A DNA stretch of 58,151 nucleotides from Candidatus Micrarchaeota archaeon (GCA_027449585.1 DAIDLJ010000002.1:1-58151); one strand, 5' to 3'. Numbered from the stretch's first letter, positions 9,270 through 18,896 are shown. Program-made: numbers and translations. The notes: a model not told the origin generated them from the sequence alone.

Positions 9270-10705
9270 GACTGCCTTGTACTGTACCAGATGGTGCCGT
9301 ACTCGCTGTCCTCCAAGGATATTGAATGCTCTAATCTTAGCTTCTCCCTTATCGCATCTGCCTCATCGAATTTCCCTTCCTTCCTTAGCCTCTCTCTATC
9401 CCTTATCAGGTCTGCGGCTTCTGGTGCGAGCTTGTGCTTGTAGGAATCCTTGCCGAGTATTCCGAGGACCTGCGCGTTGTTGATTACAGATCCCACTGCA
9501 AGGTCCTTTGCGGCCTTGCCTATCTCCCTGTTTGCCTGCGCATATGTTCGCAGGAGGTCTATTGCCGCAGAGAGTCTGGTCAGGGCAAGAGGGGTGTTGA
9601 AGTCGTCGTCCATGGCCTGGGCGAATCCACTATCCAGGTCGGTTGCCATTTTGCCTATCTCTTCTGGAACGGCCTCATCACTAGTCTCATTCATGTTGTA
9701 GAATATGCTAAATGACGCATAGAGGTAGTTCATCCTTGCTGCGGCCTTCTTTATGAACTCCTCCGTGTAGCCGAAGTCCTTCCTATAGTGGGTAGAGATG
9801 ACAAGTAGCCTTAGCGCCTCTGCATCGTACCTCTTGAGGAGCTCCCTTATGCGGATGAAGTTCTTGAGGCTCTTTGACATCTTCTCGCCCTTTATGAGCA
9901 TTATGCCGGAATGCATCCAGTACTTAACGAAGGGCTTCACGCCGAATGCGGCCTCGGCCTGGGCTATCTCGTTTGTGTGGTGCGGGAAGATCAGCTCTAT
10001 TGCGCCTCCGTGCAGATCGTACTGCTTCCCGAAGATCGCATGCGTTATGGCGGTGTCCTCTATGTGCCATCCGGGCCTGCCATTGAGGCTTCGGGCCTTG
10101 CCATCAACAGTTAGTTCTATTCTCCAGCTGGGCTCTGACTCCTTTGCGGCCTTCCATAGGGAGAAATCGTAGCTGTTCCTCTTTCCCTCCCGCGGCTCTA
10201 TCCTGTGCTTCTCTAGCTCATCAAGACGCATTCCAGAGAGCTTGGTGTAATCCTGGAATTTGGAGACATCATAGTATACGTCGTCGTCTATAACATACGC
10301 ATATCCCTTATCCAGCAGGAGCTGTATCTGAAAGACCATCTCGGAGATATAGTCGTGCGACCTTGGATACTGGTCCACGCCCTTTCTGACGCCTATTGCT
10401 TCCATGTCCTCCATGAACCGCGTCTCAAACCTCCTTGCAAGCTCTATTGGGTCGGTGCCTTCCTCCTGCGCCCTCTTTATTATCTTGTCATCGATGTCAG
10501 TTATGTTCTGTATGTATTTGACATCGTATCCGCTGCGCCGCAGCCACCTTGCCACTACGTCGAAATTTATATAGTTCTTGGCGTGTCCGAGATGCGCGTC
10601 GTCGTAGACTGTCTGGCCGCAGACGAACATGCGCACCTTCTTGCCCTCAAGGGGCCTGAACTCCTCCTTGGACCTTGAAAGGGTGTTGTATACCAGGAGC
10701 ATCAT
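9266..10705 (-). CDS. cysS: Cysteinyl-tRNA synthetase (class I)
   Basis: CGQTVY, HLGH, NITDIDDKII, GRPGWHIE, KMSKS. Confidence 0.97.
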   Translation of the reverse strand: MMLLVYNTLSRSKEEFRPLEGKKVRMFVCGQTVYDDAHLGHAKNYINFDVVARWLRRSGYDVKYIQNITDIDDKIIKRAQEEGTDPIELARRFETRFMEDMEAIGVRKGVDQYPRSHDYISEMVFQIQLLLDKGYAYVIDDDVYYDVSKFQDYTKLSGMRLDELEKHRIEPREGKRNSYDFSLWKAAKESEPSWRIELTVDGKARSLNGRPGWHIEDTAITHAIFGKQYDLHGGAIELIFPHHTNEIAQAEAAFGVKPFVKYWMHSGIMLIKGEKMSKSLKNFIRIRELLKRYDAEALRLLVISTHYRKDFGYTEEFIKKAAARMNYLYASFSIFYNMNETSDEAVPEEIGKMATDLDSGFAQAMDDDFNTPLALTRLSAAIDLLRTYAQANREIGKAAKDLAVGSVINNAQVLGILGKDSYKHKLAPEAADLIRDRERLRKEGKFDEADAIREKLRLEHSISLEDSEYGTIWYSTRQS

Positions 10706-10707
10706 GA

Positions 10708-11484
10708 TCAGCTGGTGAGGTTAACCGACTGGTTGACTATCACTCCACGCGTAGAGATAGGCTTCTTGCTCATGTAGAATCCGGTGACTGCCATGTAATT
10801 GAGGTTGGCGCCTCCGCTCACGATGGACGTGCCAGCGAATACTCTTATCTGTGCGTGCTGGCATATGAGCGGGAGGAGATTTATGCTGGCATTGACGAAG
10901 GTACTTGTGGAGTTGCCTCCCTGCTGCGTTGCCGTGAACGTATTGAAGTAGGTGGTTATTGTGGGAACGCCGTTGTGCAGCACCTGCACATAAAGCTGGC
11001 TGCTCTGCGGGGAGATTATCTTGAAGTTGAGGTACGGCTCCGTCACAAGGAATGCTTCAGACGTGAGGTTGCCTCCGACGACCTGAAGGCCTCCCTTGAA
11101 ATTTGTCGCAAAGAAGTTCGTTCCTGCTCCAGTCCACGGAACCGAGTAATAGGAGTGCTGGGAGTTTGCATAGGTCAGGTTCGTTGGCACTGTGCCAAAG
11201 CCGAGGCCTTGCGAGGTCCATCCGGCATATGTGCCTGTGGAGAAGTTGCCGTTGAAGATGCTTGCATTGTTGGTTGGAGATATGCATGACGAGTAATTGT
11301 TTATCGGGAGGATGGTTGTCTGGCTGCTGTTGGAAGTTGCATTTGAAAGAGTGGTTGTCGGCTGAGCCAGCGTAGATGGCGCTGTTGTGGTGGCCTTGCT
11401 GCTGGGCGGTGGAAGTACGACGAAGGCAAGCACAAGCACTAGAGCAAGCAGCGCAACATAAATCAATATCGCTTTTGAGTCCAT
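10708..11484 (-). CDS. Membrane-anchored or secreted S/T-rich glycoprotein with a beta-rich, possibly carbohydrate-binding domain
   Basis: N-terminal hydrophobic helix, P/T/S linker, NGNFSTGTYAGWT motif, 11 N-x-S/T sequons. Confidence 0.7.
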   Translation of the reverse strand: MDSKAILIYVALLALVLVLAFVVLPPPSSKATTTAPSTLAQPTTTLSNATSNSSQTTILPINNYSSCISPTNNASIFNGNFSTGTYAGWTSQGLGFGTVPTNLTYANSQHSYYSVPWTGAGTNFFATNFKGGLQVVGGNLTSEAFLVTEPYLNFKIISPQSSQLYVQVLHNGVPTITTYFNTFTATQQGGNSTSTFVNASINLLPLICQHAQIRVFAGTSIVSGGANLNYMAVTGFYMSKKPISTRGVIVNQSVNLTS

Positions 11485-11621
11485 ATAAGCACGATTAGCA
11501 TTGTTCAGATAAAGTATATATTATTGACACAGGATGCTCAAGGTCGCAGATGCCCGGCTCACGTCCAAATAAGGAGCATCGGTTTTATAAATTTATTACT
11601 GTTAATAGCTGTGGTGCTGTT

Positions 11622-11735
11622 CTGGGAAGCATACCTAGGAAATGGAAAAAGAAGGGAAGAATGCGCTGGAAATGGCTAAAGAAGAGAAGGCGAAGGATAA
11701 AGCGCGCGCAGAAGAGAAGAGTAGGAGAACTCTGA
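11622..11735 (+). CDS. rpl41e: Ribosomal protein eL41 (eS32); start probably CTG 11622 (alternative ATG 11661)
   Basis: [24 protein letters not shown] matches archaeal L41e; GGTG RBS at 11613-11616 and TATA-like element at about 11583-11590. Confidence 0.85.
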   Translation: MGSIPRKWKKKGRMRWKWLKKRRRRIKRAQKRRVGEL

Positions 11736-11760
11736 TCCGGGGCAGCTCCGCGGAGATTCT

Positions 11761-13008
11761 GTGGATTACAAGATAAAAGACATTACGCTGGCCCCTAAAG
11801 GGAACCTTCAGCTTGAATGGGCAGCAATGCACATGCCTGCGCTTGAGGAGGTAAGGAAGGATTTCCTTAAGACTAAGCCATTCAAGGGAAAGCGGATATC
11901 TGCTCTTCTTCATGTGACCAAGGAGACTGGAATGCTTATGCGCTGCCTCAAAGCAGGCGGCGCTGAGCTCGCCTTGGGCGCAGGGAATCCTCTCTCAACG
12001 CAGGACGACATAGCCGCAGCTCTTGTGAAGGATGGCGTGCGCGTATATGCGTGGAAAGGCGAGAGCGTGGCGCAGTATAATGAAAGCATAAGTAAGGTGC
12101 TCGACTTTGACCCGGATATAATAATCGATGACGGAGCGGACCTTCACACCCTTGCACATTCAAAGAAAGCGGATGTGAGCGCGGTAGGGGGAACTGAGGA
12201 GACCACATCAGGCATACACAGAGTAAAGGCAATGGAAAAGGACGGCGTGCTCAAGTACCCGATAATAGCGGTAAACAATGCAAACACAAAGTATCTTTTC
12301 GACAACAGGTATGGGACGGGGCAGAGCACTGTCGACGGAATAATACGTGCGACTAACATATTCATACCAGGAAAGATTGCAGTGGTAGGAGGGTACGGAT
12401 GGGTTGGCCGTGGCGTTGCGATGAGGCTGCGCGGCGTCGGCGCGCGGGTAATAATCACTGAGGTGGATCCGTTCAAGGCGCTCGAGGCGAATATGGACGG
12501 ATTTGACGTGATGACAATGGACCAGGCTGCGGAGGTCGGAGACATATTCGTTACTGCGACTGGAGACATAGACATAATCGTAGGAAAGCACATGAAAAAG
12601 ATGAAGGACGGGGCGATACTGTGCAACACAGGGCATTTTGACGTCGAAGTTGACGTCAAGGCACTAAGGGAGATGGCGAAGAAGAGAAGGGAGATAAGGA
12701 GCAGCCTGGAAGAGTATACCCTGCCAAATGGCAGAAGGCTATACCTGCTTGCAGAGGGCCGGCTGGTAAACCTTGGAGCTGCAGAAGGGCATCCTAGCGA
12801 AGTCATGGACCTGAGCTTTTGCAACCAAGCACTCTCCGCAAAATACGTGCTTGAGAACTCTGGATCGCTCGAGAACAAGGTGTACAAGATACCTGACGAG
12901 ATAGACAGGATGATCGCATCAATAAAGCTAAAGGCGCTGGGCATAAAGATAGACAAGCTAAGCGATAAGCAGCAAAGATACCTCTCCCAGTGGGAGTATG
13001 GCACCTGA
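11761..13008 (+). CDS. ahcY: S-adenosylhomocysteine hydrolase
   Basis: [45 protein letters not shown]. Confidence 0.97.
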   Translation: MDYKIKDITLAPKGNLQLEWAAMHMPALEEVRKDFLKTKPFKGKRISALLHVTKETGMLMRCLKAGGAELALGAGNPLSTQDDIAAALVKDGVRVYAWKGESVAQYNESISKVLDFDPDIIIDDGADLHTLAHSKKADVSAVGGTEETTSGIHRVKAMEKDGVLKYPIIAVNNANTKYLFDNRYGTGQSTVDGIIRATNIFIPGKIAVVGGYGWVGRGVAMRLRGVGARVIITEVDPFKALEANMDGFDVMTMDQAAEVGDIFVTATGDIDIIVGKHMKKMKDGAILCNTGHFDVEVDVKALREMAKKRREIRSSLEEYTLPNGRRLYLLAEGRLVNLGAAEGHPSEVMDLSFCNQALSAKYVLENSGSLENKVYKIPDEIDRMIASIKLKALGIKIDKLSDKQQRYLSQWEYGT

Positions 13009-13062
13009 TTTTGGCCGCTGCAAAGAGATTTAAATGAGGAAATCCCTAGTTTTTCTGATGGC

Positions 13063-13623
13063 ATGGCAGTTAGATTTAGCGAACTTGACAAAGTGCTGGC
13101 TGCGGCGGTTGTAAAAGGAGATGTTGAGGCTGCAAGAAGGGCAATTGTAGATGGGGCAGATGTCACGGCTACAAATGATGCCGGCCATACGCTGCTTATA
13201 CTTTCAATGTACCACAAGCATCTTGATATGTCAAGATTCCTCTTGGAGCAAGGAGTCTCTATAAGAGCAAGGGACAATACGGGATGGGATGCCATCATGC
13301 ACGCAGTCACCTTGAATGATACCGATCATGTCAGGCTGCTTGCCGAGAATAAGGCGCCGCTCAATGAGAGATATCCTGATGGGCTGACAATCCTGATGCG
13401 CGCGGCGATGATTAATCCTGAGATAACGGAGATTCTGCTCAGGGCTGGCGCAGAGAAGGATGCGCGAGACGATAACAGGCTAAGCGCGCTGGATTATGCG
13501 CTTCTATCACATATGCACGACTGCGCAGATGTGCTCCTAAGATATAAGGCTTATGAGAGCGACCTTGACAAGGATCTTGAGATTAGGGACAAGATAGAGG
13601 ACATATTTCGCAAGGATGACTAG
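13063..13623 (+). CDS. Ankyrin repeat protein (4-5 repeats)
   Basis: Repeated motifs GHTLLILS, GWDAIMHA, GLTILMRA, RLSALDYA with LL..GA helices. Confidence 0.88.
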   Translation: MAVRFSELDKVLAAAVVKGDVEAARRAIVDGADVTATNDAGHTLLILSMYHKHLDMSRFLLEQGVSIRARDNTGWDAIMHAVTLNDTDHVRLLAENKAPLNERYPDGLTILMRAAMINPEITEILLRAGAEKDARDDNRLSALDYALLSHMHDCADVLLRYKAYESDLDKDLEIRDKIEDIFRKDD

Positions 13624-13624
13624 A

Positions 13625-14215
13625 TTAGGCAAGCGTCCTTGTCTGGTATCTTCCGCGCTCTTCTATCGCTTCAAGCCGGCTTAGCGTCTCTTTGCTTGAT
13701 TTTGCATTCCTAGAGTAAGATGACGCAAACGCAGAGTAGAGCGCTTTGGTCATCTGTCTTTTCATGAGGAGGAGGTCAAGTGCGCGCTCCTCGCTTGCGC
13801 TGGATGGCTCGGAGAGACCAAAATCTATCACGTAGACTTTTTTGCCGTCCGTGATTATGTTCGCCGGCGTGAAATCTCCGTGGACTATCCCTGAGTTGTG
13901 CAGTATTGCGAGCTGTTTTCCAACCAGCCTTGCGGCATCTTTGGTTATCCTTGTGTCCTTGAGGAGCTTTCCGTGGAGATGCTCCATGTATATTGCACTG
14001 CTCCCTACTGCAACTACCTGGGGCACGCTCACCCCGTTTTCATGCGCCTTCACCGTCATCTTTGCTTCTTTCTTTGTGCGCGCAATCCTTATCGATTCGT
14101 CAAGTTCGCGTACGCGGTATCTTTTCGGCTCGCGGTGCTTTATCAGGACATCCTTCCCATAAAGCCTTGCCAAGTAGATTGTTGCCTCCGCTCCCTCGGA
14201 AAATTTTTTCAGCAT
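13625..14215 (-). CDS. bud32: KEOPS kinase Bud32
   Basis: GAEA, RTKKEA, HGDFTPAN, IDFGL, RGRY C-terminus; adjacent to kae1. Confidence 0.95.
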   Translation of the reverse strand: MLKKFSEGAEATIYLARLYGKDVLIKHREPKRYRVRELDESIRIARTKKEAKMTVKAHENGVSVPQVVAVGSSAIYMEHLHGKLLKDTRITKDAARLVGKQLAILHNSGIVHGDFTPANIITDGKKVYVIDFGLSEPSSASEERALDLLLMKRQMTKALYSAFASSYSRNAKSSKETLSRLEAIEERGRYQTRTLA

Positions 14216-14216
14216 A

Positions 14217-15191
14217 TCATACCACCATGGCCTGGTCGATCCTGTATCTTTGCTCTATGTCGCAATCGATTATCTTTGAATTGATCCCTGCCAAAAGCAT
14301 CCTCTCGCCTACGAAGGCGATCATCGCACCGTTGTCAGCATTGAATTCGTTGGCCGCATAGCCTATCTTTGCCCCGTGATCCTGGGCTATCATGCTTAAC
14401 ATGGCCTTGAGGCGCGTGTTCTGTGCCACGCCGCCGCATACGCAGATCTCATTGCTGTTTGAGACTAGCAGCGCCCGCTCAAGCGCCTCGCACAGCATCG
14501 AGAAAGAGGTCTCCTGTATCGAATAGCAAATGTCTCTTATCCTGTGGCCCTTTATCTGTTTTATCGAGTGGGTAAGTAGCCCTGTGAAGGAGAAGTCCAT
14601 GCCCTTTACGGTGTAAGGCATTGGGATGTATTTGCCGCCAACGGCGGCCTTCTCGACGGTTGAGCCCCAAGCAGGATCAAGGCCGGCATCTCTTGCGAAG
14701 TTGTCAAGCATGTTTCCGATGCCTATGTCGAAGGTCTCACCGAGGACATTATAGTGCCTCTTCTTTCCCTTTGATAATTTGAGTATCTGTGAATTGCCTC
14801 CGCTTACGTAGAGTACGATTGGATCCTTAAGTCCGCTCTGCAGCCGCCCTATCTCTATGTGGCCTATGCCGTGATTAACGGGCGCTATTGGAATGCCAAG
14901 CCTCTGCGCCAGCGTCTTTGCGACGGTCTGGCCGACCTGGAGGCAGCTGCCTATGCCTGGGCCGCGCGTGTAGGCTATCCCTCCTATCTCAGAGGCTTTT
15001 ACGCCTGCCCTTGCAAGCGCCCTCTCAAGGACAGATGAGGAGTTTTCGACATGGAACTCGGCGACCTTCTTTGGTATCATTCCAGTAGTGCCGATCTTAT
15101 ACATTGACTTCTCATTTGCAAGTATCTTCCCGTCGTCGACTATGCCTATGCCGAAAGTGTGCGCACTGCTCTCTACTCCAAGAGTTAGCAT
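14217..15191 (-). CDS. kae1: KEOPS t6A synthase Kae1
   Basis: ESSAHTFG, VNHGIGH, LYVSGGNSQ, GETFDIGIGN, DNGAMIA. Confidence 0.96.
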   Translation of the reverse strand: MLTLGVESSAHTFGIGIVDDGKILANEKSMYKIGTTGMIPKKVAEFHVENSSSVLERALARAGVKASEIGGIAYTRGPGIGSCLQVGQTVAKTLAQRLGIPIAPVNHGIGHIEIGRLQSGLKDPIVLYVSGGNSQILKLSKGKKRHYNVLGETFDIGIGNMLDNFARDAGLDPAWGSTVEKAAVGGKYIPMPYTVKGMDFSFTGLLTHSIKQIKGHRIRDICYSIQETSFSMLCEALERALLVSNSNEICVCGGVAQNTRLKAMLSMIAQDHGAKIGYAANEFNADNGAMIAFVGERMLLAGINSKIIDCDIEQRYRIDQAMVV

Positions 15192-15239
15192 TTTACCGTT
15201 AGTAAGTGAGCAGAATAAGTATTTATTCGGATTGCATGC

Positions 15240-16364
15240 TCATGAGATTAGCATGAACGAGTCGAGACTGCCCCTTAGCTTCTCCTTCTTTTTGTTGTGG
15301 TCTTCAAGGAATTTGTTTATCTTGCTTGCCAGATCCTTCTTGTGCTCGCCTGCTAGCAAAGTGCCTTTCCTCTCGCCTTCAAATATCGCCTCCAGCTTTT
15401 TGTCGTCAGGCTCGAAGAGATACTTGTTGTACTGGCATACAGAGCACTTGTCCGGATCCCCTCCGAACTTTTTCTGCAGCTCTATTGTTGACTGCTGGCC
15501 AGTTATTGCCTTGTTGACCTTCTTTGTGACTACATCTGGCGCATCGCTTAGGTATATCGTGTTGTCCGGATCGCTTGATGACATCTTTGGCCCGCCTTTT
15601 AGAGAAGGGAGGAACTTTGAATGAATTATAGCAGGCTTGTAGTATCCCAGCTTGTCTATGGCATTCCTTGCGACCCTGAAGTGCACGTCCTGGTCGATGC
15701 CAAGGGGTATGAGGCAGGGAACGTTCTTTCCCATCTCCACGGATTTTAGGAATGCTGGAACGGCCTGCGTGCTGGTGTAGAAAAGCGTTCCTATGTTTGT
15801 GTCGTTGCCGAACCCGAACGCATCCTTTACTATCGAGAACGTGAGATACTTGGATACGCGAACGGCCTGCTTGTATATCTTTGATGCGTACTCTGTATTG
15901 AGGAACATCTTTGTCTTATCTGGGTCAAAGCCGAGAGCCGCTATGTCAAGTGCGTCCTGGTACGCAAGTTCGTGCGTCTTCTCCAGCGTGAGCTTCATGT
16001 CCCTTTTTGCAAGGAACTTCTCCTCGTCAGGTATCTGTATTAGCACCTCTGCATCGAACTTTTCCTGCAGCCACTGGGCCATTATGAATGGAAGGAGGTG
16101 AGCTATTGTCATGCTTCCGGATGGCGCTATTCCAGTGTATACGTAGAACTTCTCGCCCTTCTCGTACTTGTCAAGGAGCCAGTTGAGGTCCCTGTTTGCA
16201 AAGAAGATTCCGCGCCTGAGCATGTAATGCAGAGAGCCAGCGTCCTTCTTTATCCGGTCCTTGAGCGCATCATCTATTAACTGCACGCCGAATCTTGTGA
16301 CAAGGTCATCGTAATTCACGTTGCCTTCAACAGAATAAGCATCAACCTTGAAATCCTCTGCCAT
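15240..16364 (-). CDS. trpS: Tryptophanyl-tRNA synthetase (archaeal/eukaryotic type)
   Basis: LRRGIFF, YTGIAPSG, GIDQDVHFR, KMSSS. Confidence 0.95.
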   Translation of the reverse strand: MAEDFKVDAYSVEGNVNYDDLVTRFGVQLIDDALKDRIKKDAGSLHYMLRRGIFFANRDLNWLLDKYEKGEKFYVYTGIAPSGSMTIAHLLPFIMAQWLQEKFDAEVLIQIPDEEKFLAKRDMKLTLEKTHELAYQDALDIAALGFDPDKTKMFLNTEYASKIYKQAVRVSKYLTFSIVKDAFGFGNDTNIGTLFYTSTQAVPAFLKSVEMGKNVPCLIPLGIDQDVHFRVARNAIDKLGYYKPAIIHSKFLPSLKGGPKMSSSDPDNTIYLSDAPDVVTKKVNKAITGQQSTIELQKKFGGDPDKCSVCQYNKYLFEPDDKKLEAIFEGERKGTLLAGEHKKDLASKINKFLEDHNKKKEKLRGSLDSFMLIS

Positions 16365-16460
16365 ATTTTGCCACCAAGCGATGTGTATAGCTGGTGTATC
16401 AATTTATTTATGCATTGCGAAGCGATTAAAAAGAAGCGCTTTTATTATATATCTGCATTT

Positions 16461-16533
16461 GCGACCGTAGTCTAGCCTGGTAGGACTTTGGCCTTCCAAG
16501 TCAAGAACCCGGGTTCAAATCCCGGCGGTCGCA
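16461..16533 (+). tRNA. tRNA-Gly (anticodon UCC)
   Basis: GCGACCG/CGGTCGC acceptor stem, anticodon arm TTGGC-CT-TCC-AA-GTCAA, T arm CCGGGTTCAAATCCCGG. Confidence 0.96.
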
Positions 16534-16568
16534 TCTGGTTCTTGCTCATTCCTGCTTTAGTAGAAAGT

Positions 16569-16871
16569 TCAGAATTCCTTTTGCTTATGCTCTTCCACAG
16601 TTATTACGTAAGCCATATTTATCAGGATGTGCTGCTTGAGGTTCGTCTCGGCGCCGTTGACAAAAGTGGTAATGTTATATTCGAGTTTTATGAAATTGTT
16701 GTCTGACCCCACAAGTATGCCAGGATAAGTTCCCTCTTCGAGTATCTGGTCTCTTATTCCGGGCCCACCCCTTGTCTTGACGAGCACCTTCTTGCCCATG
16801 AGCTCGTTGAGAAGCACATTTAGCGGTGAGGTTGCATCCTCTGTCACTTGCTGCGGGCCGGATCCTTCCAT
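16569..16871 (-). CDS. Sm/LSm-like fold protein (divergent)
   Basis: LNELMGKKVLVKT..YPGILVGSDNNFIKLE (Sm1-like) and HILINMAYVITVE (Sm2-like). Confidence 0.6.
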   Translation of the reverse strand: MEGSGPQQVTEDATSPLNVLLNELMGKKVLVKTRGGPGIRDQILEEGTYPGILVGSDNNFIKLEYNITTFVNGAETNLKQHILINMAYVITVEEHKQKEF

Positions 16872-17181
16872 AGTATCCTATTGGTAGAACTGTTATAAAA
16901 TAGCGACAGTTAATCTCGCCCGGATCTACATTTACTTCAGGTAGGAAGGCTGAGTTTGCAACAAACCAAGTTTCTAATAAGTGGTGTTGCCTTGGATGCT
17001 TACCAGCCCAACTTCTACATATGGTTGGGTTGTCTTTGAATGCAGCATTATTGCTACTTGGCTGAAGAGGCTGAAGAGGGGCTTTTACCACACAGCCCTT
17101 CCTCTTGCAAAAAACCTTATAAATGTTCATTTTCTAAGGAATATTGGAATTCCCTTTGCTAGTGCTTATTTTGGGTGTTTT

Positions 17182-17412
17182 ATGACCACGAAGAGCGATC
17201 ATGAACTCGTACCGGTGCACGAATTGATGAGCGAGAAAGAGGTCAAAACGCTTCTTGATTCGATGGGCATGACACTCGAAGGCCTTCCAAAGATATTTGA
17301 TACTGATCCGCAGGCAGTGAAGCTTGGTGCGAAGACAGGACAGGTAATAAAGATCTACAGGCGCGAAGGAAAGCGCGAAATCCCATACTACAGAGTTGTA
17401 GTTGAAGGATAA
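17182..17412 (+). CDS. rpoH: RNA polymerase subunit Rpo5/H
   Basis: HELVPVHE, LPKIFDTDP, YYRVVV; start at ATG 17182 after GGGTG RBS (ORF track over-extends it). Confidence 0.96.
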   Translation: MTTKSDHELVPVHELMSEKEVKTLLDSMGMTLEGLPKIFDTDPQAVKLGAKTGQVIKIYRREGKREIPYYRVVVEG

Positions 17413-17423
17413 ATTGTGGTTTA

Positions 17424-18896
17424 ATGAGCAACATATTACTTGAATCTTACTTAGAATCGAATTCCCTAGTCACGCACCAGATAGAGAGCTTCAACAGGTT
17501 GCTAGATTCCGGTATACAGTCAGTAATAAACAGGCAGAATCTCATAGAGCCTAGCGTAGAAGGGTTCGCACTCAAGCTCGGGAAGATTAGGCTTGAGAAG
17601 GCATCGGTAATAGAGGCAGATGGATCTAGAAGGCCGATAATGCCTAACGAGACAAGGCTTAGGAACCTCTCATATTCTGCGCCGATATTCATAGAGGTAG
17701 TGCCGATAATAAGAGGCATAGAGAAGTCCGCTTCCTTCGGTGAGGTCTTTGTCGGCGAGCTACCAATCATGGTTAGGAGCAACCTATGCTACATGAAGAC
17801 GCTCACAAAGCCGCAGATGATAGAGAACGGCGAGGATGCCGAGGACCCTGGGGGCTACTTCATAGTCAAGGGAGTGGAGAGGGTGCTTATAGGCCTTGAG
17901 GACGTTGCAGCAAACAGGATAATCACTACGAGGAAGAAGACAGGGGACAAGATAGCAAGCGTGGTATTCTCAACTGCGCCGGGATTCAGGGCAAGGTGCG
18001 TTGTCACAAGGGCACAGAACGGCATATTCACTGTAGATTTCCCGACGGTTCCAAAGAGCCTAAACTTCATGCTTATACTAAGGGCGCTGGGCCTCAAGCA
18101 GGCGGACATGATGAACTATGCTGGCGACCTTTTGTCATTCAAGAACGACATCATGCTAAACACCGAGGTCGCCGAGAGCAAGGACTTCTCGGTCAACGAG
18201 GCGCTCATAGAGCTCGGAAAGCTCTCAGCTCCGGGCCAGGCGAAGGAATATCAGCAGAAGAGGGCCGAGACGCAGATAGACAATTATCTACTTCCACACA
18301 TAGGGGAGGGAGCGGAGGACCGCTTTGAGAAGGGCAAGTACCTGATACAGATGGCAAGGAAGGCTACGATAATAGGGAACAATCTGGCCAAGGAGGACGA
18401 CAAGGACCACTATGGCAACAAGAGAGTAAAGTACTCTGGCGAGCTCATGGAGGAGCTCTTCGCATACGCATTTAGGTTCTTCACAAAGGAGGTAAAGTAC
18501 CAGATAGAAAGGACGAGCGCAAGAGGAAGAAAGCTCAGCATACAGTCGATAATCAACCCTGACACAATAACTGAAAGGATCGCATATGCCATGGGAACAG
18601 GAACATGGGTTGCGGGGCAGACGGGAGTATCGCAGGTGCTGGATAGGACGAACCTGATAAGCACATATACGCATCTTAGGAGGGTGAAGTCGCCGCTGGC
18701 AAAGAAGCACCCTCACTTCAAGGCAAGGGACGTCCATGGAACCCAGTGGGGAAAGATATGCCCTTCGGAGACTCCTGAAGGACAGGAGGTAGGACTTACC
18801 AAGTATCTTGCAGCAATGGCAAAGATAACGGTAGGCGCAGATGAAGCCTCGACAGAGCAGAGGATAAAGGAGCTCGGGAAGATAGAGAAATTGTGA
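17424..18896 (+). CDS. rpoB2: RNA polymerase subunit B'' (Rpo2 N-terminal half)
   Basis: HQIESFN, DPGGYFIV, DKDHYGNKR, GKICPSETPEG. Confidence 0.96.
   Translation: MSNILLESYLESNSLVTHQIESFNRLLDSGIQSVINRQNLIEPSVEGFALKLGKIRLEKASVIEADGSRRPIMPNETRLRNLSYSAPIFIEVVPIIRGIEKSASFGEVFVGELPIMVRSNLCYMKTLTKPQMIENGEDAEDPGGYFIVKGVERVLIGLEDVAANRIITTRKKTGDKIASVVFSTAPGFRARCVVTRAQNGIFTVDFPTVPKSLNFMLILRALGLKQADMMNYAGDLLSFKNDIMLNTEVAESKDFSVNEALIELGKLSAPGQAKEYQQKRAETQIDNYLLPHIGEGAEDRFEKGKYLIQMARKATIIGNNLAKEDDKDHYGNKRVKYSGELMEELFAYAFRFFTKEVKYQIERTSARGRKLSIQSIINPDTITERIAYAMGTGTWVAGQTGVSQVLDRTNLISTYTHLRRVKSPLAKKHPHFKARDVHGTQWGKICPSETPEGQEVGLTKYLAAMAKITVGADEASTEQRIKELGKIEKL

Noticed and set aside
16488..16706. 72-aa ORF starting inside tRNA-Gly
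   Set aside because: Overlaps the tRNA and is antisense to the Sm-like gene
16935..16960. SRP RNA helix-8-like motif CAGGTAGGAAGG
   Set aside because: Lacks the stem around the GGAA loop and the downstream AGCAG; no Alu domain is visible
16981..17181. N-terminal extensions of rpoH and, similarly, DUF106 (27364-27504), ribL (31571-31672), mrp (50981-51085) and eL41 (11550-11621)
   Set aside because: The extensions cross TATA boxes or neighbouring genes; downstream starts match the family N-termini
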